A stretch of DNA of 64,000 nucleotides. Source: Octopus sinensis. Its lineage: Eukaryota. The stretch is from NCBI RefSeq assembly GCF_006345805.1, contig NC_043004.1, positions 52,142,001 through 52,206,000 of the forward strand. Reading direction: 5' to 3'. The notes beneath the pieces were generated by a model. It was not told the DNA's origin and searched no databases. It was given only the letters and a program-made list of their open reading frames with translations. This document shows positions 27,258-40,980 of this stretch, piece after piece. Numbering within the stretch: position 1 is the stretch's first letter; each line of letters begins with the position of its first letter. The position numbers were made by a program, and so were the translations under genes.

Positions 27258-27478
27258 CAGTGGTTCTCATCCACTGGACTCCTAGTTTACAAGCCATTCG
27301 ATGTTTAAAATAGTTCCATTATATTTTTAGAATTAAATATTATTTGGAAATGGAGAACGAAATTGTTAAAATATTTTGTGTATTGTAAACGTATAACCGA
27401 TTTGTTTTACAAAAACTTCAGCAACAAAATCTGATATGGACCCCTACAGGTCATATGGATCCCTGTTGAGAACTATTG
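27258..27478. mobile_element. hAT-like MITE
   Basis: TIRs CAGTGGTTCTCATC / GTTGAGAACTATTG; degenerate 8-bp TSD CTCTAAAT / CTCTGAAG. Confidence 0.55.
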
Positions 27479-28454
27479 CTCTGAAGTAAACAAATATTAA
27501 TTTTACTTAAATAATTAAATGAAACACAGCTACTTGTACATTAGTATAAATGACAGAAGTTGATTAATACTGAGCAAAGGTATCAGTAAACTCGTCCGAA
27601 GACTGCGAGAATTTGAACTTTCTGCTCGTAAATTAATGCGGACTGCAAGAGAGTACGGACAATCAGTGTCCGAAAAGTTGTGTAATGTACGAGTATTAAG
27701 TGGGAAAGAGAGAGAGAGAGAGAGAGAGAAAGGAGAAAGAGGGGGACAAAGAAAAAAATGGTTTCTGCTTTAGGCACTGACCCAGTAAATGTTTGCGGGA
27801 ACGTGGTTTGACGATACTATCAACACTGGTACTTTACTAGCACTTTACTTGTAATTTATTAGTACTTTTATTTTATCGGCACTGAGAAGGTGAAAGGGAA
27901 ATCTAATCTAGACAGGATTTTAACTCAGAACGTAAATAATCGTAGCAAACACAGCAAGGCAAATTTTCTGACGATCTAATTATACTGCCTCCTCGGGAAA
28001 ATAGAAATTTGAGGAAGGAGGATTGATATTGATTTGGTACGTGATACATGCTTGTACTTAATTTTACCGACCTCAGAAGGATGAAGGCCAGAGTTGACAA
28101 CTACAAGGTATGAACTCGGAATCTAAAGAATTGGTAACATCGCTAACGTAAAATATGAATTGCAACTTTGTATCGTAGCTGCACACAAAGCAAACGTAAA
28201 AATGGTGGTTATATTTTGCTACAGGTAGATGTTAGTGTTGTAAAGGTGTTTCAGATATCTCGTTGAAAGAAGCGACATTGTATGTTTTTTAGGCTTCTAG
28301 TCATATTTGGTGAGGGAGAGGGAGAAGGGGAGAGAGAGGGGGAGGGAAAGAGTGAGAGTGAGAGATAGAGAATGAGAAAGACAGAGGCAGTAAGAAAAGG
28401 AGAGGAAGAAAGAGAAAGAGATAGATAGATAGATAGATAAATGGATAGACAGAC

Positions 28455-28492
<38 letters not shown>

Positions 28493-28493
28493 A

Positions 28494-28577
<84 letters not shown>

Positions 28578-28829
28578 GAAGAGCTGCTGTTTCAAAAGCA
28601 TAGGAAAAGACAACTGAAGTAACAGCAAAAAAAAACCACCCATAACAAAATCTTGGTGTATTGATTTGGTAACAAGTAGGAAAAGATCGGAAACAAAATG
28701 CGGTGGAGTATTTACAAACCAAATATTCGCTGAAGTAAATACATGCACACATACACATACACTCGCGCAGACACACACACACACACAGATGCATATTTGC
28801 ATTAGTATATATAAGTATAAATATATATA

Positions 28830-29012
28830 GGCGCAGGAGTCGGCTGTGTGGTAAGTAGCTTGCTAACCAACCACATGGTTCCGAGTTCAGTCCCCTGCGT
28901 GGCATCTTGGGCAAGTGTCTTCTGCTATTGCCCCGGGCCGACCAATGCCTTGTGAGTGGACTTGGTAGACGCAAACTGAAAGAAGCGTTTCGTATATATG
29001 TATATATAATAC

Positions 29013-29065
<53 letters not shown>

Positions 29066-29286
29066 TGTGTGTATGCGTGTTTGTGTGTGTTTGTCCCCTA
29101 GCATTGCTTGACAACCGATGCTGGTGTGTTTACGTCCCCGTAACTTAGCGGTTCGGCAAAAGAGACCGATATAATAAGTACTGGGCCTACAAAGAATAAG
29201 TCCCGGGGTCGATTTGCTCGACTAAAGGCGGTGCTCCAGCATGGCCTCAGTCAAATGACTGAAACAAGTAAAAGAGTAAAAGAGTA
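28830..29286 (+). mobile_element. SINE family B
   Basis: Full-length head GGCGCAGGAGT to tail AAAAGAGT. Confidence 0.85.
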
Positions 29287-29620
29287 TATATGTTTATGTG
29301 TGTGTGTGTGTGTATGTTTTATATGTGTATCTTTCTGTCTGTGATTCTCTGCCTACCATCGCTTGACAACCGACCACCTTTACGTTTACTTTGTGTGCCA
29401 GCTACACTACGAAGTTGGGAACCTCTGCTGGCGTGTTCACGTTGTCGTGAAGATAGCAGTTCGGCAAAAGAGACCGATACGATAAGTACTAGGCTTACAA
29501 AGAATAAGTACTGGGGTCGACTTCTTCGTATGTGTATTCATATACGTACATGTGTATGGGGGAATTTACATTTGCACAAGTACATGCTGTACAACACAGA
29601 CACAAACACCAACACACGCC

Positions 29621-29651
<31 letters not shown>

Positions 29652-29674
29652 TAGAGTAATGTTATTAGTATTAT

Positions 29675-30019
29675 AATTATTAATAGTAGGGAATATAAAA
29701 TTTCAAGGCAACAGGGGAAAGCAAATTCAATTTAGTAATACTAAATCAAATTTCACGATATATTATATATATAGAATTAAGAAACAGAAACTCCAAAAAG
29801 TAATTCAATTAGTAATGAAAGGTAAATGTGACCGCGTGTATATCGTTGGCGATTTTTTTTTCCATCGTCTTCCCTTCCTCGGATCTTTCCTTTTCCTATG
29901 TTTCTGACGAAGAGCTCCGCTCGAAACGTAAGATCCTCCTTCTTTCTCTCCTTTCCTGAGCGTCCAATAACACTATACTTGTCCCACGTCCTCGCGTTGT
30001 TGTGTTTTCATGTTTAGAT

Positions 30020-30022
<3 letters not shown>
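29675..30022 (+). mobile_element. Penelope-type 3' terminal fragment
   Basis: Contains a minimal hammerhead motif, ends in (TA)n, and is homologous to 34765-34975 on the minus strand. Confidence 0.55.
29900..29934 (+). ncRNA. Minimal hammerhead motif in a Penelope-type 3' end fragment
   Basis: CTGACGA 29904-29910, A, GAGC-TCC-GCTC, GAAA 29923-29926, CG-TA. Helix I is weak (GTTT/AGAT). Confidence 0.6.
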
Positions 30023-30065
<43 letters not shown>

Positions 30066-30343
30066 TAAATGTATATATAAGGAGTAAAGTAACACAAAGC
30101 GTACACTGAATGATAAGCAAAGAAAGGGTAATCAATTACTATTAATAAAATATGGATCGCATTGAAGGAATGAGATTGTCATCAGCACGGTGATACCACA
30201 CACACGTTTCGGTAAAATTATTCCTCGTCAGTGCTCCATAATCTGAATTTAAATTTGCAAACAAGTGGCATGATGTCTGCGGAAAAATGACACACACACG
30301 CACACATAAGAATACACACATATACAGACAAACACACACACTC

Positions 30344-30443
30344 NNNNNNNNNNNNNNNNNNNNNNNNNNNNNNNNNNNNNNNNNNNNNNNNNNNNNNNNN
30401 NNNNNNNNNNNNNNNNNNNNNNNNNNNNNNNNNNNNNNNNNNN
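30344..30443. other. Assembly gap (100 N)
   Basis: Run of exactly 100 N. Confidence 1.
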
Positions 30444-30514
30444 GTTGTTTATTCACCGTTCTTCGTCTTCTGTTTTTTGTAAATTTCTACTGTGTGTGTG
30501 TATATATATATAGA

Positions 30515-30905
30515 TTAGGTGTGGCTGTGTGGTAAGAAGCTTGCTTCTCAAAAACACGGTTCGGAGTTCAATGACACCGTGTAGAATTTGGAGCATATAT
30601 CTTCTACTATAGCCTCGGGCTGACCAAAGACTTGTGTATGGATTTTGTAGACGGAAACTGAAAGAAGCCCTTAGGGTATATATGCGTTTGTGTGTGTGTG
30701 TGTGTCAGTGCCAGTATCTATACCTCTCCACACAGCTTGGTGTGACGACGCCCCTATCTTATAGCGGGTCGACAAAAGACAACGATAGAATAAGGTCAAG
30801 TCATTAAACACAATAGCTACTGGTATCGATACACTCGACTAAAAGTACTTCCAGGCAATGACCCAGCACGGCTGCAGTCTAATGACCGAAAGAGGTACAT
30901 GATAT
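30515..30905 (+). mobile_element. SINE family B, diverged
   Basis: Recognisable head, core and tail. Confidence 0.7.
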
Positions 30906-31034
30906 AAAAGATATATGTATATGTATATATGTCTGTGTATATAGATACATAGGTTCCGTGGTCACAGCTGATGAGGTGAAATTAGAAAGGGAAGAATGTC
31001 TATCTATCTATCTATCTATCTATCTATATATATA

Positions 31035-31465
<431 letters not shown>

Positions 31466-32057
31466 ATAAGATAATGCATACACACAGACACATTTATATA
31501 TGCATACATACGACGGTGTGTGAGTTTGTAAGTGAGAGAGACTGTGTGTGTGCTTGTGCGTATGTGTGTGTCAGGTGTGTGCGTATGTGTGTGCATGCGT
31601 GTCAGTGTGCGCGCACATGTTGGAGCGCAGAAATTTCTTAGCAATAAGGGAAAGGTGTCTGAGAATAGTAAAAGGATAAAAAAATGACGGTAGAGAGAAG
31701 TCAGCTGGAATATACCAATATATAGATCGATAGATGGATAGAGATAGGAAAAATATGTTCAGAAAGGGGGGAAAAAAATCAAAGAAGATATAGATATAAT
31801 GATAGGTATATTTAGTGACAGACACGATGGAAGTAAAAGGAAAGTGATGCTGACAGGAACTGGTGCAAAAAGGAAAAGAGTCATGGGAAATTATTATGGT
31901 AGAGAAGTAAATGCTTGTACAAAGAGAGAGTGAGAATGAAAGGGAATCGGAGTGGGAAATAGAGAGAGAGCAGGGAGGCTCATAGAATAAGCATATATAT
32001 ATATATGTAGGGGAGATAGAGAAGGAGCGAGATACTCCTCTCTCGCTATCTTTATAT

Positions 32058-32103
<46 letters not shown>

Positions 32104-32159
32104 AATTATATATATTTGTATATATACATACATACTTACATCTCTATATATATATTTGC

Positions 32160-32194
<35 letters not shown>

Positions 32195-32299
32195 AAAATA
32201 AATCTCTGATCGATATATATATATATAATTTATATATATATATATAAATATATTATTGATATTATTTTATGATTGACGCCACACACATCATTCTGCAAG

Positions 32300-32350
<51 letters not shown>

Positions 32351-32366
32351 GCATATAGATAGACAC

Positions 32367-32400
<34 letters not shown>

Positions 32401-32430
32401 ATCATCTATCTATCTATCTATCTATCTATC

Positions 32431-32500
<70 letters not shown>

Positions 32501-33159
32501 TATATTTATTTATTTATGATTTTGGTTATGTTTCATACACACTTGCACACACATACACCACACACACACACACACACATACATACATACACACACACGCC
32601 TTCGCACACACACACGCGTATATAGCTAGCTAGACAGACATACAGATACATCTATATATATGTATATGTGTATACATACAGGAATGTAATATATATGAAT
32701 GCATAAATATATGTATACATTAATGTATATAAATACCTAGATGTATATATATATATCTATATACAAACATATGCGCGCGCGCGTGTGTGCGTGTGCTATG
32801 TACATATATATATTTATAAGACTGTATACATATGTACATAGTCATCCCCTCTGACGTGCATACATGGAGACACATAAATGGCGCGTATTCTCATTGCCAA
32901 TGTATTGGTCTGCGGAACGATCCAAGCGCTGTATACTTTATGCTTGTGCAATGAAAAGCATGTAAAATGATTCTTGGAGATATTGCAAGCACAGCTGAAA
33001 GAATATGTAGGCGTATTTATGACGACATATACTCGTAACGAGTGAGCAGAAACATAGAAGTATCCGCCTGAACAGGTGGCGCTTATGGTAAATAAATATA
33101 CACACACATGCATGTGCGCTCGCTTGCGCGCACATACACATGTGGCGCCCGAAATATTC

Positions 33160-34260
33160 ATAGGCTGACCAAGATACCTTTATGGAATGTGATATTCTTC
33201 AGCATTGTCCCCCCCTCTTGCGTTTCAAACACTTCTTCCATCGATGTTGCGCTGCTTGGGCTCCATTGATGAAGAAGCTTTCACACTGTTGGTAAAAAAA
33301 AAAAATCATCAACAGTAGATATGACGCTGTCATCACTGCAATACTGGTTCCCAGCCAAGTGTTTTTTTCTTTATGGTGGTGTACAGAAGATAGACAGGGC
33401 AAAACAAGGAGAATAGGCAGGGTGATTAACTGGTTCAGAGCTATAGTAACAGTTGAAACCAAGGGCATATGTGTTGAACCATTTTCCTGATGAAACAAGT
33501 GCCCTCTCCTTACTTTACATAGGTATTTAGTGTTGATAGACGTTCGTAACTGCCTCAGCAGGTCTGTATATTACTCTCCGTTGATAGTGAGGCTGTTTTG
33601 AATATAGTCTTTAAACACAATGCCTTTTGCATCCCAAAAGATTGAGGCGACCGACTTCCTTGCATATAAAACGATCTTGTCTTTCTTTTGAGCAGGTGAA
33701 GAAGGGTAATTCCACTGCATGTATTTTCTGTTTTTCTCAGGCTCAAAGTAATGAACTCAATATGCATCCTGCATTAAGAGGCGTTACAGGAAACCCCTTG
33801 TATCTGCCTCAAAAAAATGTCAGATTTTCCTGTAATGCGACGAGACTGGTGTGCTTTTGATCAGGTGGCGGAAGATGTGGCACCCACCGACCAGAAACAT
33901 TCATCGCGCCAATTCCTTGCGCGGAATATTCTCAATCCTCTCCCAAGATATGCCAATTGCATTGTTTATTTCATCTATAACCAATCGCAGGCTATCTATC
34001 ACCATGTGGTGAACACGATCAATGTTTTCATCGATGGTGGCAGTTGTAGGATGTTCAGATCTTGGTCTATCTTCAAAACCCTTCTTTCGCCTCCTAAACT
34101 GAGCTGTCTATTTTTGCACTAGCATTAATGTCCTTAGGGGCTCAACCGTTTTTCTAGAACTATTTCATTACACCTGGATGCCAAATTTTATTCATTTCCC
34201 AAATAATCCGCTACTATTTACACCTGAAGCTTTCTTTAGACATACAGATGCCAGTTTATC
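33160..34260 (-). pseudogene. Near full-length decayed mariner transposase
   Basis: Broken frames give MNKIWHPGVMK (ATG 34195), EDRPRSEHPTTATIDENIDRVHHMV, SIFWDAKGIVFKDY, LFHQENG and a C-terminal KKHLAGNQYCSDDSVIS. Confidence 0.85.
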
Positions 34261-34335
34261 TGAAAGAGACGATGCAGTTATTAATAAAAGGCGTTAAAAC
34301 TAATGATAGTCCGCGTGCCATCATGTATATGTGTT

Positions 34336-34386
<51 letters not shown>

Positions 34387-34440
34387 GCATGCATGTATGC
34401 ATGTATGTATGTATGTATGCATGTATGTATGTATGTATGT

Positions 34441-34748
34441 AAAACGAGACAGATGAGCGACAACCTGGCCACTGGCGGTGGTGTAACACACCATACTAAT
34501 CATATCTGTCGGGCATGTGGAAGAGAGTGTAATTCGGCAGGAGGACTTAAACGACATGCAAAGGTACATGAAGCCCAGTTACAACTACAGCCGGCTATTA
34601 CCAGTAAAGGTTTTAGTTGCCAATTTTGTACAAGACATTGTAGATCTTTAGCTGGGCTAAAAAGTCACATTCGATCACAGCACCAGTAACAGTTAAGCTT
34701 CATGCAATGGCCATACTCGATAACGAGGGGGCAGCCATAATAATTATA
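34441..34748 (+). mobile_element. Second copy of the C2H2-finger LINE-like 3' end, within (ATGT)n
   Basis: ATG 34453 to stop 34689, 78 aa, 9 aa differences from the copy at 21467-21703; same 3' tail GCAGCCATAATAAT. Confidence 0.65.
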
Positions 34749-34764
34749 ATGTATGTATGTATGT

Positions 34765-34975
34765 ATGTAACGAGAAGCTTACGAAAATAACCAAAAGACG
34801 AAGGCAGGTGGAGTACAAACAAACAATTGTATTAGTATGGCGCTCAGGAATAGAAATAAAACAAGTCTTTTACGTTTCGAGCCTACGCTCTTCAACAGAA
34901 AGATACACAGAAAAGAAACACGGAGAGAAACAAGGAGAGAAAAAAATGCGTGCAGGAGCTAACGATTTAACATAT
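34765..34975 (-). mobile_element. Penelope-type 3' terminal fragment
   Basis: Reverse complement aligns with 29830-30010 (GCGCTCAGGAA...TTACGTTTCGAGC...GCTCTTC..CAGAAA). Confidence 0.5.
34866..34903 (-). ncRNA. Minimal hammerhead-like motif with variant core CUGUUGA
   Basis: Minus strand reads TCTTT-CTGTTGA-A-GAGC-GTAG-GCTC-GAAA-CG-TA-AAAGA. Helices I and II pair perfectly; core position A6 is substituted. Confidence 0.5.
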
Positions 34976-34981
34976 GGAGTT

Positions 34982-35130
34982 AGACGCAGGTGTTATTCAA
35001 ATCATTTTACTTCCGGCATATGTTTCGAAGGCAACATTGGTATTATACCAGAAGGAATAAAATGGAGTAAAAGAATGCAATCTTCTCATCAGGGAAAGAA
35101 AGAAACTAAACACATCAATAAGGCATTTTA
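34982..35130 (-). mobile_element. Family H repeat, short arm
   Basis: Hammerhead remnant 35010-35097 with an intact core, but the cleavage triplet GTC is changed to GCC. Confidence 0.7.
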
Positions 35131-36109
35131 ATAGAATGTGATGACTGCGTATATGATGAAGGTAACGTTAGCAAGTTTCTTTTAGCAAGCCGTTTGTAGA
35201 TATAATATCAAAGGCAGTTTATAGAAAGAGTTGGAGGAGAAAGAAAGAAATTAGCAGAAAACTAATAGTGGAGGGATATACAGAGATAGGTGAATAGGAA
35301 TAAAGTTTAAAGGAATGGAAGTAGATATATTTAGTGGAAGTGAAATGTAAGAAGACAGTCAAAAGTCGAACTTTATAGAATGGTAGAAATCACTTATAGG
35401 AGCGAAAGGTATGTTTTTGCAAAGTTTGCAACGATAAACGCGTTCTATAATCGTGTTTACAAGCGGACTCTCAGAGGATTCCAGTTTCGTGAAGCTATAG
35501 AGAACTTCCCAAAAAATTCAAGATCCTATTCGATTATTAATTCACACCAAATCAAGATAGATTTTTCTAACACAAAAAAACCTTTCACAAGTCATCTCTT
35601 CCCATAATAATATGTTAAATAAAACCCACTTAATGAAGATTATAGCATTGATTTTGTTAACAGTAACCATTCTTTAAATAATAATAGCAGCGGTTTTAGT
35701 GCTTCTCAAGTTGACTACAATCGCATTCGTTTTCTTAGCAGTAATTCTAAGACTAGAAACTATATTTATCAATGTAAAATGACTTCCGGTTCTGACGTCT
35801 CTTTTATATATGTAGTTATTCATCTCAGTTGTCCTAAAGAATATCTAATCATTACTCTACATTTAGACATATCAATAAACGTAACAATGCTGGGCTTAGT
35901 AAATCAATTTCGTATCTAAAGATCTATAAACAATTTGATTGGGAATGAAATATACTCTCTATACCTTTTCTGTATGATAAAAGTAAATATTTTAGTCCGC
36001 TTTGTAACAGTGCAATGTATTTCATCCTGTTCTCAGAGAATATATCTACTAACGGTTTTTTAAAAAAAAATTGCTAACGCTCCCTTCATCATATAGGCAG
36101 TCATCAAAT

Positions 36110-36420
36110 TCTGTAAAAATGTCTCGCTGATGTGTTTGGGTTCTTTGTTTCCCTGATGAGAAGATTGCATTGTTTTATATCATTATATTCCGTTTGGAAT
36201 TATGCCAATGTTTTCTTCGAAACGTATGTCGGAAGTAAAAAGATTTGAATAACACCTGCGTTTAACTCCTTTTTATTTATTTATATGTATTATTTAAAAC
36301 CATTTCACCTAAACCTGGCGTTTCTACCTATATTAGTAGGCTGTTACAACCTTGGAACTTGTGTAAAATTTTGCTTCTCTGGTAGCTATTTATTTATTTT
36401 TCCGTGTTATTTGTAAACAT
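36110..36420 (+). mobile_element. Family H repeat, long arm
   Basis: Contains the intact hammerhead and ends TGTTATTTGTAAACAT, like the other long arms. Confidence 0.7.
36148..36235 (+). ncRNA. Canonical type I hammerhead motif in a dispersed repeat family (family H)
   Basis: Helix I TTTCC 36148-36152 / GGAAG 36231-36235; CTGATGA 36153-36159; helix II GAAGA 36160-36164 / TCTTC 36214-36218, extended by CATTG/CAATG and ATTCC/GGAAT; GAAA 36219-36222; helix III AC-GTAT-GT; cleavage triplet GTC 36228-36230. Confidence 0.8.
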
Positions 36421-36450
36421 TGAAGAAACATACATTATGTATATATATAT

Positions 36451-36481
<31 letters not shown>

Positions 36482-36487
36482 CATACC

Positions 36488-36533
<46 letters not shown>

Positions 36534-37315
36534 CATACCTACATATATATATATATATATTATATATATATATATATACATACATACCTACATATATATA
36601 TATACAAGCACACATACACACACATATACGTGTATGCATATGCGTGTGGATGTGATAATTAACATATATAAATACCTACATGTATATATATATATATATA
36701 TACCTTTTTATATGTGTATTTGTGTGTCTGTGTATTTTTATATATGTAAATATGGAAACTGCCACTGCTTTACTGAAGGTCCTCTCTTCGATTTGTAAAG
36801 TCTGTCATGAGATCTCAAATGACTAGCACGTTCGGATTTAAACAAGATGTTACAAATATTTTCAGGAAGAAAAGTATTTGGGCCTGAAGATAAGTCCTGG
36901 CTACGAAGTGCTCGATTTAAGATAGATTGTTTGATTCTCCGTATTTCAAATGTTTTCTAACCATTTTACATGACTTCTTTCCAAACCGATCGATTTTCCG
37001 TCATATACTTGCAGTCTTCAACATTCACACTGAGAGCCTTAAAATTGCTTTTGATCGCATCAGTAAAACGCATTTTCAGATTTATGTCTCAGACGTTTAA
37101 CATGTTGCAACACCTCGAAGCAACTTCCAAGGTAACCTGCCATCCAACCTCATATTAAGGTGCCCTGCCCGAAGCATCTGATTGATGGCATATCACGAGC
37201 ATTTCAATAGTGGTTGAGTTTGATTGCCGACGAACACATATGCGCATACATACGAACATACATACATAGACACACACACTCACATATATATATATGCATA
37301 TATATATATATATAT

Positions 37316-37358
<43 letters not shown>

Positions 37359-37491
37359 ATATATATATATATAATATATATATATATACATATATACATA
37401 TATATATATATGTATGTATATATATATATATAATATGTATATATATATATATATGTATTATATGTATATATATATATATAATATATATATA

Positions 37492-37551
<60 letters not shown>

Positions 37552-37795
37552 GAAAGAGACAAGTTCCAAGCTCACTAATACTCCTTATCGAAGCCGTCAT
37601 ATGTCTCTTCTCTGTTTCAAACTAATACTTTAATCGCTCAATAAATTGAACCTTACGCTGTTGTTTCTTGAAAAGGGTTCACCTCTATACTTTTTCATTA
37701 TCTATCTATCTATCCATCTATCCATCCATCCATCCATCCATCCATCCATCCATCCATCCATCCATATATATATATATATTATATATATATATATA

Positions 37796-38653
37796 CGTGG
37801 TCTGTTCAATAATTATCAGGACTGTTACCATTGTAACAAAGCTAAAACATGCAGATTAAAGCCGCTTGTCAGAGATGGACATCGAACTCCGCTGTGCATG
37901 TGCACTAAGTTTTAACGTCCTTGCTCACTTCCGCTTTTTACAGCAGTACTTGGAAAGAACGCATGTAGCTTGTGGTCGTCGCCTTGACCATGTGCGAGAA
38001 AGTTGTGCAAAGAATCTTAATCAAATTTTGCAAAAATCTTGGCGATACCTGCACAGAAGCTTACGCAAAGTTTCCAAGAAGTTTTTATCGTTCTCGACAC
38101 ACTCAAGGAGATCTTTCCCGACTGATACCCGAGTGTCTTCTTGGTCAGCTGAAATCAATTTTGGTACAAATATGGTAGTCACGGGTCTCATACCCAAATC
38201 TTCAGTGATAATGGACTGATCTGAACCGTAACTAATCTGCAAATCTTCTTATAACTCACAGATGGTGATTCAACGATTTCCCCTCAGAGCTGCACGCACA
38301 TCTGCTAGGTTGTTCTCAGTTCTGCTCGTTGCAGGTCTCCTGGAACGTTTGTTCGGCCATCTTGGAAGCGTCTGAACTACTCATACACTTGTCTGCGGGT
38401 CATACACTCCTCTCCATACACTTTCTGTAACATTGCTTAGGCGTCTGAGCAGGTAACGCTATGACAACTTTCTCTGTTATGGTGACTTTCATTCCAAACA
38501 CTGCTATAAACAGCAGAAGTGAGGGAGAATGATAAAACTTAGTGCACATGCACCACAAATTTGCAGGTAAATCTGTGCCAAGTGGCTTCAATCTGCGTGC
38601 TTTAGCTTCGTTACTATGGCAACAGTCCGGATACTTATTGTATATTGTGTACG
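37796..38653. mobile_element. Mariner derivative made of two inverted 5' ends
   Basis: Both ends read TA-CGT...CAATAA.TATC.GGACTGTT.CCAT.GTAAC inward. The left arm encodes MCEKVVQRILIKFCKNLG; the right arm (minus) encodes ITEDLGMRPVTTIFVPKLISADQ. Confidence 0.75.
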
Positions 38654-38659
38654 TATATA

Positions 38660-39534
38660 CACGAGGGGGTACCCAAAAGAAACCGGAATTTTGAAATAAT
38701 CATTTATTCACTTAATTTTCCGTGTTTCCACTTTTATTACCTTCAAAGTATTCTCCATTCGAAGCAGTGCTGGATCTCTTGGGGAGTGATGCCTATTAAC
38801 GTCTCCGTTGTAGTTTTCTTCACCTCTTCCACATCTGCAAATTCCGTAGCAACAGCTTTCGTCACTAGTGATGGTCTTCGAAAAATGGTCCGGATCAATT
38901 TCCAACATTTCTTTCAGCTCACGGAACAAATTCAGTCGTGACTGCTTTTGATCTTCCGTGAGTAAGCAAGGCACAAATTTTGCTGTAACTTTCTTCATTC
39001 GCAATTCTTCACTCAAAACTCGTTGGCAAGGGCTCCAGGTCAACCAGTCATATCAAGAAGATTGTTTACTGTTCGGTGACGGTCCTCCAGGATCAGGTTA
39101 TGAATGTTCATAATGTTTTTATTCGCTCGGGAAGTCGACGGTCGCCCTGAACGAGGTTAGTCTTCAAGCGATGAGTGATCATTCTTAAAGCGTGGAAATC
39201 ACTTGTTAACTTGTGTTTTGCTCATGGCAGCGTCCTTGTATGCTGTTAGACACATGGAAACTGCTTTTGCCGCCGTTTTCTCCCAGCAAAAAACAGAATT
39301 TCACTGAAGCACGCTATTCCTTCGTTTCAGCCATCGCAAAAGTCAACCCAACAAGGGAGAAGCACTGCAAATCGAAGACGCACAACGTGGCAGTACGATT
39401 TCAGACGACGTTGCTGGTCGGCAGACTGATGTCTGACGGTCGATACTTCAAGTGGCTTCTAGCGGCGGTAGCTTGAACTACAATAAGCTTATGCCACAGA
39501 GAATTTTCAGGTTGCTTTGGGGTAACTCCTCGTA
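38660..39534 (-). mobile_element. Internally deleted mariner element with TIRs
   Basis: Imperfect ~30-bp TIRs (CGAGG.G.TACCC.AAAG.AACC); TAKFVPCLLTEDQKQSRL...ITSDESCCYG; GEYFEG at the C-terminus. Confidence 0.8.
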
Positions 39535-40980
39535 TATACTACTGTAAGGACACAGTCAACACCACCGCACTACCATTATCACCACCACTAACAAAAGAGG
39601 TACCGTGACTATCATTTTTACTTACCATGTATATATACACATACACACATACAAACGCGTAACCGGCATATATCAACAGGTAAACACCTAGACATCTATA
39701 ACTTAGCATCGCACGTAAGTACTCAACCCATATTTCACCCAAGCTCACGCACAACCCCATCCACGCACACACAAACATAAGTAAGCGCATAAACAGACCA
39801 TGGCTCTCTCATATACATACTCATACACGACGGCGCATCATACACATACATCATATATATACATAGGCGTAATTACACCTCATAAAATAGTCAGAGATAC
39901 AGACACTCACACACACACATACACATACACGCATACACACCAACGCGCGCGCGAATACGCACACACATACACACGATATGCATTACGTATGTGACACAAT
40001 TATCCAGTTAATGACATACTACTCACGCACATTTCCACTCACGCAAAAACGCACTCACAGTCACGAACTCGCATATATAACACGCTCTACACACACACAC
40101 ACACCATTACACACACACGCGGCCATATTGGAAATATACAAATTCGCAGCAAAGGTTCTGTACAAGGACACATCCGCACACCCCAAAACAGTTCCCATGC
40201 TCTGTAGACGCCACCTGTTGTAAACAGCTACAATGTTAGGAAATATGTAACACATACCAGACAAGCTATCTACAACATACCTGCTATACATAGACAGAGA
40301 TAATTGACACGTTATGCACACACACACATACACGCACACACACACGCCTACCCATTCACACACATTTGTAGAACACACATTCACGTTAAACTCCGACACG
40401 TACTACTCACAAACAGACACGTTTTAACACATGTAACGAATACACAGCTTGCTCCATTTCATATTGGTTTCAAATTTTGGTCGGAAGACAAGCAAGTTCG
40501 GGGTAGGGTTGGGGATGTTAAGTCGATTACATCGACATCAGTGCTCAACTGGTACAAATTTTGTCGATCGCAAAATGGTGAAACGCAAAGTCAACCTTGG
40601 CCGAATTTGAACTCAGAACGTGAAGTTGGAAGAAATGCCGTTGAACATTGTCTCCGGTATTGTAACGATTTGCCAGCTCGCCGACTTCATGTTCCATTGT
40701 CATATTACTCACAACATAACACCTGCACCTCTCTAAGACAGGGGTGCAATACAATGTTGCCAGACGGCAAAGCGGGTTTTAGGGCCTAAAGCTAATCTGT
40801 GTATGATTTAATTGTTTATGTCGAGGGCACAGGTGCATTCCTTTGCTCGATGATGTATAATGCTGTTATGTAGGATCAGCATCGCACATACATACATACA
40901 CACACCAGACTCAAACATATACATACACAGCGTAGGTACACCAGAGTGTCGTCTGAGGGTTCCAGAAGTTATAGGGTTTA

